Positions 57,600-64,000 of a stretch of 64,000 bases of DNA are shown piece by piece. The notes beneath the pieces are model-generated. The model had not been told where the DNA came from and searched no databases. It saw only the letters and a list, made by a program, of their open reading frames with translations. The DNA is from Candidatus Levybacteria bacterium CG2_30_37_29 (GTDB taxonomy: Bacteria > Patescibacteriota > Microgenomatia > Levybacterales > GWA1-39-11). Position 1 is the first letter of the stretch. Every line of letters starts with the position of its first letter. The stretch lies in NCBI GenBank assembly GCA_001873215.1, contig MNYS01000002.1, positions 28,395 through 92,394 of the forward strand, written 5' to 3'. The position numbers were made by a program, and so were the translations under genes.

Positions 57600-58349
57600 A
57601 TGCTTTCAATAATTATTCTTACAAAAAATTCTGAGGAAACTCTTGCAGATACAATAGAAAGCCTAAAGAATTTTGGTGACCAACTTATCGTTGTCGATTC
57701 AGGATCGGATGACAGAAGCGTTGAGGTTGCCAAGCATCTTGGAGCAACGGTTTTTAAAAATAAATTTGAGGACTTTTCTGCTCAAAGAAATTTTGCTATA
57801 TCAAAAGCAAATAATCCATGGGTTTTATACATAGATGACGATGAACAGATAACAGAAGAATTTAAAAAAGAAGTAAAAAATACAATTGCTGCTTATGATA
57901 AGAATTCCGAAATAGGTGGTTATTATATAAGGCGTAAAACTTTTTATTATGGAAAAGATTGGGGGTTTGCAGATAAAGTACAGCGCCTTTTTTATAAAGA
58001 AAAATTTACCCGGTGGCATGGGGTAGTTCACGAAACTCCAACAATAAAAGGTGCTTTTGGTGAAATTGAACGTCCTATTAATCATTACACGCATCGTAGT
58101 CTTTCACAAATGGTAGAAAAAACTAACGAATGGTCTGAATATGAAGCAGAGCTACGTATTAAAGCCGGGCATCCGGAGATGACGTGGTGGAGATTTTTTA
58201 GGGTCATAGTAACTGCATTTTTTAAATCGTATGTTTTTGAAAAAGGCTACAAAAACGGAACAGAAGGAATTATTGAGGCAATATACCAATCCTTTTCAAT
58301 TTTTATTACCTACGCTAAATTGTGGGAGATGCAAAGAGAGAAGAAATAA
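57600..58349 (+). CDS. GT2 glycosyltransferase
   Basis: ILTKN.E, VDSGS.D, F..QRN, ID.DE, VHE; paralog of 51811-52737. Confidence 0.88.
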   Translation: MLSIIILTKNSEETLADTIESLKNFGDQLIVVDSGSDDRSVEVAKHLGATVFKNKFEDFSAQRNFAISKANNPWVLYIDDDEQITEEFKKEVKNTIAAYDKNSEIGGYYIRRKTFYYGKDWGFADKVQRLFYKEKFTRWHGVVHETPTIKGAFGEIERPINHYTHRSLSQMVEKTNEWSEYEAELRIKAGHPEMTWWRFFRVIVTAFFKSYVFEKGYKNGTEGIIEAIYQSFSIFITYAKLWEMQREKK

Positions 58350-58353
58350 CTAC

Positions 58354-58593
58354 TTAATTTTTTACAAACCAGGAGCGAATTTCTCTAAAAGAGAGTTTTT
58401 TTTCTGAGAATTTGAAAAGGTAAACTATTTCAAGAATTCCAACAGTATTTAAAATAAGAAGAACGATAAACCAATTCCTTTGTTTGCTTTTTGCAGCTCT
58501 CCATAGCGAAAAACCCTTCCATAAAAGAGACCATACATAAAGACTAAGAAAAAGCAAAGAGTTTGGTTGCAATAAAGGATCAAAACCGTTCAT
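58354..58593 (-). CDS. DUF5652-family membrane protein
   Basis: WS..WKG..LW.AA...Q..WF...L..NT.GILEI.Y.F. Confidence 0.85.
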   Translation of the reverse strand: MNGFDPLLQPNSLLFLSLYVWSLLWKGFSLWRAAKSKQRNWFIVLLILNTVGILEIVYLFKFSEKKLSFREIRSWFVKN

Positions 58594-58650
58594 GAAAAAA
58601 AGTTTATCATAGCTTTGAAAGATTATCAATACCTGATACAATAGCTTTAT

Positions 58651-59718
58651 ATGGTAAGTAGGCTTAAGATAGGGTTTTATTCTCCATATTTAGATACCCT
58701 TGGAGGAGGGGAAAAATACCTTTTCGATATTGCTGGTTACTTGTCTTCCAAGCACAACGTTTTTATATTCTGGGACAATAACCTTATTGCTTCCAAAGCG
58801 GAAAAAAGGTTTGATATAAAACTTAATCAAATACATTTTATTCCTAACATTTTTAATAAAAGAAACGCTTTTAAAACATCACTCAAATCACGTGATTTTG
58901 ATGTAATTTTTTATGTTAGCGACGGTAGTATACCGCTTCTTTTCTCAAAAAAAAACTTTGTAATTCTACAATTTCCGGTTAATTGGGTAAAGGTTAATCC
59001 TTTGCTTAAGCTAAAACTTTTACATGTAAACAAGCTTATTTGTTATTCGGAATTTGTAAAAAAAAGTTTGATTGAAAAATTTAAAAGAGAAACAATTGTG
59101 ATTCCTCCCTTTATTGACATAGTAAAAAAAGAAAAAACGAAAAAAGAAAATATTATTTTAAGCGTTGGTAGATTTACAAAAGCAATGAATACAAAAAAAC
59201 AAGAGGTATTAATTGATGTATTTAAGAAAATGTTTGAAAGTGGCCTAAAAGATTGGAAATTAATTCTTATTGGATCATACCGCGAAGAAGATGTTGATTA
59301 TTTTGAACAAATAAAAAAATTGGCTTCAGGATTTCCGATAGAAGTTTTGGGAAATATATCACACGATGAGCTTATCAACTACTATAATAAATCTAAAATC
59401 TACTGGCATGCTGCGGGGTACGGTGAAGACTTGGATACATATCCGGAGAAAGCAGAACACTTTGGAATTTCAACAGTTGAAGCAATGACTACGGGTAGTG
59501 TTCCGTTGGTTTTTAATGGTGGGGGGCAAAAAGAAATTGTTGAAGATAAAAAAGACGGTTTTTTATGGGAGAATACAGAGGAGCTTGCAGTCTTAACAAC
59601 AAAACTTATTAAAAGTCCAAATGTCTTTAGTGTTATGTCCAGTCAAGCAAAAAAAATTTCAGAACGGTTTTCTAAAGAAGTTTTTTGCAGAAGAATTGAA
59701 AATCTTGTCACTTCATGA
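58651..59718 (+). CDS. GT4 glycosyltransferase
   Basis: GGGE, ILSVGRF, K.Q, EHFG...VEAM..G..P. Confidence 0.9.
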   Translation: MVSRLKIGFYSPYLDTLGGGEKYLFDIAGYLSSKHNVFIFWDNNLIASKAEKRFDIKLNQIHFIPNIFNKRNAFKTSLKSRDFDVIFYVSDGSIPLLFSKKNFVILQFPVNWVKVNPLLKLKLLHVNKLICYSEFVKKSLIEKFKRETIVIPPFIDIVKKEKTKKENIILSVGRFTKAMNTKKQEVLIDVFKKMFESGLKDWKLILIGSYREEDVDYFEQIKKLASGFPIEVLGNISHDELINYYNKSKIYWHAAGYGEDLDTYPEKAEHFGISTVEAMTTGSVPLVFNGGGQKEIVEDKKDGFLWENTEELAVLTTKLIKSPNVFSVMSSQAKKISERFSKEVFCRRIENLVTS

Positions 59719-61961
59719 AATTTATTAAGCGCTATTTTTTAATTTTTCTATTTACTCTAGCTTGTTCGTTATATTTTTATCCGACAATTGTAAAAGGGTT
59801 ATTGCCGATTCCATCAGATACGATTATAGGTCTTTATCATCCTTTCCGCGATTTTTATGCTAAAGAGTACCCACGCGGTATTCCATTTAAGAACTTCCTT
59901 ATTACGGATCCGGTAAGGCAAATAATTCCCTGGAAAGAACTGGTAATGGAAAGATTTGAGCATTTTCAACTTCCTTTATGGAATCCTTATGAGATGGCTG
60001 GAAAACCACTTCTTGCAAATTTTCAGTCAAGCCCGTTTTATCCATTAAACATCATTCTTTTGATAAAACCGTTTTATTTTTCATGGACAATTTTTATTCT
60101 TTCACAAATTGTTTTATCGGGGATATTTATTTATTTTTACCTAAGAAACTTAAGCCTTCATAAATACGCTTCGTTATTTGGGAGTTTTGCTTATTCATTT
60201 TCAGGTTTTTCAGTTGCCTGGTTTGAGTGGGGAAATATTGTACACACAGTACTTTGGCTTCCATTAATACTGTTATCGATAGATAAAGTATTTTCAAAAA
60301 CTAAAACAAAAAAAACTTGGGGCTTGGTATTTTTATTTGGATTATTATCGTCATTTTTCGCAGGGCACCTGCAAACATTTTTCTACATTTTTATTTTTAC
60401 CTTTTTTTACTTTTTTACAAGATGGATTCAAAATGGCAAGAAACGTAATGTTTTATTTATTTTTATATTACTTACCTGTTTGTTTTTAATAATAACTTCA
60501 GTTCAGTGGATTCCAACCCTACAATTCATTAACCTTTCTGCCAGAAGCGTTGATCATCTGGAATGGACAAAAGCGGGATGGTTTATCCCTTGGGAAAATC
60601 TTGCTCAATTCATCGCTCCTGATTTTTTTGGCAACCCGACAACTCTTAATTATTGGGGAGTATGGAATTATGGCGAATTTGTAGGCTACATCGGTCTCCT
60701 ACCTATTTTATTTGCATGTTTTGCTGTGGTTACAAGACGAGACAAAAAGACACTTTTTTTCGCAGGAGCTATTGTTTTATCCTTTCTTTTTGCTTTTCCA
60801 ACGATTTTTGGAAAGCTGCCATATATTCTAAATATACCTTTTATTTCTACCTCTCAGCCAACAAGACTTGTTGCAATAATCTGTTTTTCTCTTGCGGTCC
60901 TTTCGGCTTTGGGTTTTGACTATTATCTCAAAAATAAAAAAATTGTAAAAGGAAAAGCTATATTTGTTTTTTTTCTTTCAACTATTTTTTTGATTTGGCT
61001 TTTTACCGTAACTTTATTTGGCGATAAGTTATTTGCAATTTCTCCTGATTTTCTTGTTTTGGCAAAAAGAAATTTAATTTTTCCGTCTTTTGTTCTTGCT
61101 TGTTCTTTTATATTATTCTTTCTTTCTGTAACAAATAAAAATATACATTTAAAGAAACTTATTTTAATATTGGTTTTTGTCCTTATTGTGTTTGATCTTT
61201 TTAGATTTGCAAATAAATTTGAGCCATTTACTAAAAAAGAATATTTATTTCCGATAACACCTTCTATTAATTTTATTAAAAATGATAATAGTATTTTTAG
61301 AGTAGCATCAAATGATTCACGAATTCTTCCTCCAAATTTTGCAACACACTACAAAATACAATCGATAGAAGGGTATGACCCGTTATATTTGCTGAGATAC
61401 GCAGAATTTGTTGCGGCAATGGAAAGAAATACACCAAACATCTCTGCGCCTTTTGGCTTTAACAGAATAATTACTCCGCATAGTGTTTCTTCTTTGTTGG
61501 ATTTGTTAAACGTTAAGTATGTATTTTCTTTCAACGATATTTCTTCATCCCGATTTAAAAAAGTATTTAATGAAGGACAAACGCAAATATTCGAAAATAA
61601 AACAGTCTATCCAAGAGCATTTTTTGTGAAAAATATTATTAATGCAAATTCAAAAAAAGAAGTTATAGAGAAAGTTTTTGAATCAAATCTTCGAGAAACT
61701 GCGGTTGTTGAGGATTTTATAAATAAAGCAAATCTTTCGATTGGACAGGCAGAAATTTTAAGCTATCAGGAAGAAAAAATAGTTATCAGGACAAATAATT
61801 ATTCTAACGGATTTTTAGTTATAAGTGATGTATATTATCCAAATTGGAAAGCATTGATAGACAAAAAAGAGACAAAAATCTACATAACAGATTACGCATT
61901 TAGGGGTGTGTATGTTCCCAAAGGAAACCATATAATAGAAATGTACATGAGTATTTTTTAA
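59715..61961 (+). CDS. YfhO-family GT-C membrane protein, paralog B3
   Basis: PLWNPY...G.PLLAN.QS, AGH.Q, PDFFGNP, GYDPLY, YYP.W.A, DYAFRGV.VP.G.H. Confidence 0.85.
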   Translation: MKFIKRYFLIFLFTLACSLYFYPTIVKGLLPIPSDTIIGLYHPFRDFYAKEYPRGIPFKNFLITDPVRQIIPWKELVMERFEHFQLPLWNPYEMAGKPLLANFQSSPFYPLNIILLIKPFYFSWTIFILSQIVLSGIFIYFYLRNLSLHKYASLFGSFAYSFSGFSVAWFEWGNIVHTVLWLPLILLSIDKVFSKTKTKKTWGLVFLFGLLSSFFAGHLQTFFYIFIFTFFYFFTRWIQNGKKRNVLFIFILLTCLFLIITSVQWIPTLQFINLSARSVDHLEWTKAGWFIPWENLAQFIAPDFFGNPTTLNYWGVWNYGEFVGYIGLLPILFACFAVVTRRDKKTLFFAGAIVLSFLFAFPTIFGKLPYILNIPFISTSQPTRLVAIICFSLAVLSALGFDYYLKNKKIVKGKAIFVFFLSTIFLIWLFTVTLFGDKLFAISPDFLVLAKRNLIFPSFVLACSFILFFLSVTNKNIHLKKLILILVFVLIVFDLFRFANKFEPFTKKEYLFPITPSINFIKNDNSIFRVASNDSRILPPNFATHYKIQSIEGYDPLYLLRYAEFVAAMERNTPNISAPFGFNRIITPHSVSSLLDLLNVKYVFSFNDISSSRFKKVFNEGQTQIFENKTVYPRAFFVKNIINANSKKEVIEKVFESNLRETAVVEDFINKANLSIGQAEILSYQEEKIVIRTNNYSNGFLVISDVYYPNWKALIDKKETKIYITDYAFRGVYVPKGNHIIEMYMSIF

Positions 61962-61964
61962 ATT

Positions 61965-62921
61965 ATGGATACGCGGGCAATTGAAGTAATTATTCCTAAC
62001 TATAACGGTACAAGTCTTATTAAAAGAAATCTAGGCGCAGTTTTGGCTTCACTCTTTGAAGAAAAAAATGTAAAAGTTACGATTGTAGATGACGGTTCTG
62101 ATAAAAAACAGATTGAAGAGCTGGAAGAGTTATTATCTGAATTTAAAAAAAAATCAGATATAGAAATAACTCTTGTTAAAAAAAGCAAGAATGAAGGATT
62201 TTCTTCAACAGTAAATAAGGGTGCTTTTGCGTCAAGTGCTGATTTTTTAGTATTGTTAAATACTGATGTATCTCCCCAAAAAAACTTTTTAAAAATTGCG
62301 TTAAGCCATTTTGACCAGAACCCAAAACTTTTTGGAGTAGGGTGTTTGGATAAAAGTATTGAAGGAAGTAAAACTATATTACGAGGAAGAGGAATAGGGG
62401 ATTGGAAACGCGGATTTGTTGTGCATAAAAAAGGAGAGATTACAAGAAGTGATACGTTTTGGATTGGTGGAGGAAGCTCTATTATTAAAAAGAATTTATT
62501 TGTCCAGTTAGGAGGCTTTGATGAAATCTACAACCCTTTTTACTGGGAGGATATTGATCTTTCATACAGAGCTAAAAAAAGCGGTTACGAAATCATATTT
62601 GAAAAAGAAAGTGTTGTTGTGCATAGACACGCTGAAGGCGCGATTCAAACACATTACTCGCCTTTTAGGATAAAAACAATATCTTTTCGGAATCAATTTA
62701 TTTTTGTTTGGAAAAATATCGATGACGTAACACTTCTTGTAAATCATTTGGTCTGGCTTCCATATTATTTTTTAGTAGCCCTTTTGCACATGGATTTGGC
62801 TTTTTATGCCGGATTTATTCTTGCGATAAGCCGTTTTACTGATATAATAAAAAAAAGAAAAAAGCAAAAAGAACAGTATAAAAAAACTGATAGGCAACTT
62901 TTGAAGCCAGAAAACGCATGA
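61965..62921 (+). CDS. GT2 glycosyltransferase
   Basis: IPNYNG, VDDGS, N.GF..TVN.G, LLN.D, GGFD..Y.PFY.ED.DL.YRA. Confidence 0.9.
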   Translation: MDTRAIEVIIPNYNGTSLIKRNLGAVLASLFEEKNVKVTIVDDGSDKKQIEELEELLSEFKKKSDIEITLVKKSKNEGFSSTVNKGAFASSADFLVLLNTDVSPQKNFLKIALSHFDQNPKLFGVGCLDKSIEGSKTILRGRGIGDWKRGFVVHKKGEITRSDTFWIGGGSSIIKKNLFVQLGGFDEIYNPFYWEDIDLSYRAKKSGYEIIFEKESVVVHRHAEGAIQTHYSPFRIKTISFRNQFIFVWKNIDDVTLLVNHLVWLPYYFLVALLHMDLAFYAGFILAISRFTDIIKKRKKQKEQYKKTDRQLLKPENA

Positions 62922-63634
62922 AGTTATCAATTATTATTCCCGCTTTTAATGAAGAAAAAACTGTCGGAATTGTTTTGGATTCGATTATAAAACTTAAATT
63001 GCCAGGTATAGATAAAGAAATTATTGTTGTTGACGATGGATCAAGCGATAAGACTTCTGAAATTATTGAGAAAGTGAAAAAAAGGAATCCCGAATTAATT
63101 TTTTTAAATCACAAAAAAAACCAAGGTAAAGGTGCAGCAGTTGTAACGGGAATAAAAAATGCTAGAGGTGATTATATAGTTATTCAAGATGCGGATTCAG
63201 AATATGATCCAAAATATATAGCAAATCTTCTTGTTCCGATACAAAAAAAAGAAGCAGAAATAGTTTATGGAACCAGACTTAACCGTTTACCAAATCTTAA
63301 AGGCGAGGAGGCAAAACCGTTATTTGTTCTTCATTATTTGGGCAACAGGTTTTTAAGTTTTATTACAAGTATTTTATATGGACGGTGGGTTACCGATATG
63401 GAAACTTGTTATAAGTTATTTCCTAGAAGTGCTTTTGAAAATATTCGGCTTCGCGCAAAAGGATTTGAGCTAGAGCCTGAAATAACGGCAAAACTATTAA
63501 AATTAGGTCTTTCATTCAAAGAAGTTTCTATTACTGCGATTCCACGTGGATACAATGAAGGAAAAAAACTTAGCGCACTCCACGACGGTCCCCGTGCGCT
63601 TTGGGCATTGATTAAATATAGATTTGTTGATTAA
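62918..63634 (+). CDS. GT2 polyprenyl-phosphate sugar synthase (DPM1-like)
   Basis: IIPA.NEE, VDDGS.D, N.GKG.A, QDAD.EY.P, TDMETCYK, EPEITAK. Confidence 0.9.
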   Translation: MKLSIIIPAFNEEKTVGIVLDSIIKLKLPGIDKEIIVVDDGSSDKTSEIIEKVKKRNPELIFLNHKKNQGKGAAVVTGIKNARGDYIVIQDADSEYDPKYIANLLVPIQKKEAEIVYGTRLNRLPNLKGEEAKPLFVLHYLGNRFLSFITSILYGRWVTDMETCYKLFPRSAFENIRLRAKGFELEPEITAKLLKLGLSFKEVSITAIPRGYNEGKKLSALHDGPRALWALIKYRFVD

Positions 63635-63640
63635 TTTATT

Positions 63641-64000
63641 ATGAATATACGCCTTGATACGATTTTACTTTTCGCTCTTCTTGTCCCATTTATAATGGCC
63701 AATCGCATAAGTCCCCAAGAGACTCCTTACTGGCTTTTTGGACTTATCTTTTTGGGTCTTTTATCAAACATCGTATTAGACATCATAAAGATTCAAAAGC
63801 CTTTATATAATAGGTTAAAACAAGGACTTCTATGGTGTTTAATTGCGGCAAGTATTGGGGCAGGATTCCTCTCGGCAATTATAGTAAGGCACAGAGTGGC
63901 CCCGACTTATATGATTCATGATATTGTTTTACAGCAGGAAGCATCAATTAGATTTTTTCTTGACGGAAAAAATCCATACAACACTTCATACTTTGGGACT
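63641..64000 (+). CDS. N-terminus of a GT87-like membrane glycosyltransferase (partial)
   Basis: Open to window end; TMs then HD...Q......L.GKNPY. Confidence 0.65.
   Translation, partial: MNIRLDTILLFALLVPFIMANRISPQETPYWLFGLIFLGLLSNIVLDIIKIQKPLYNRLKQGLLWCLIAASIGAGFLSAIIVRHRVAPTYMIHDIVLQQEASIRFFLDGKNPYNTSYFGT

Noticed and set aside
1183-62747. Many short antisense or nested ORFs in the track (e.g. 1183-1524, 11172-11537, 27588-28076, 49525-50046)
   Set aside because: Shadows of well-supported genes on the other strand or frame, with no motifs of their own.
1-64000. CRISPR array or cas genes
   Set aside because: No regularly spaced repeat-spacer series and no cas motifs; repeats found are dispersed palindromes.
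1-64000. Genetic code 25 (TGA = Gly) as in Gracilibacteria/Absconditabacteria
   Set aside because: Conserved genes are full length under code 11 and several end in TGA at expected positions (e.g. aspS, GT4).

Overview
AT-rich bacterial chromosome window using the standard code. Gene content (DUF5652-, DUF5659- and DUF3467-like proteins, archaeal-type ND-AspRS, expanded GT-C locus, near-leaderless starts) suggests Patescibacteria/CPR, probably Microgenomates; this is an inference. 1-16 kb is housekeeping: YqeY, four-helix-bundle gene, CCA enzyme, recJ, aspS, D,D-carboxypeptidase, gltX, dgkA, tRNA-binding protein, guaAB. About 16.2-27.4 kb is an island at tRNA-Gln(CTG). It includes a ~9.3 kb serine-recombinase element whose att core lies inside the integrase ORF, so the original C-terminal tail sits 9.3 kb away; cargo is AbiV-, HEPN- and nuclease-like. 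Next come lon with a CIRCE-like operator, a carbamoyltransferase trio, and a tRNA-Glu(CTC) hotspot with several att scars and a GIY-YIG gene bracketed by a duplicated tRNA 5' end. From 37.2 kb is a >26 kb glycosylation locus. The most striking cross-cutting signal is a perfect 20-bp GC-rich palindrome, CCTGCCTGCCGGCAGGCAGG, found in frame in three unrelated genes (peptide LPAGRQ), plus other short palindrome families in a tRNA fragment, a promoter and a MITE. All product calls come from motif recognition by eye; no database searches were run.
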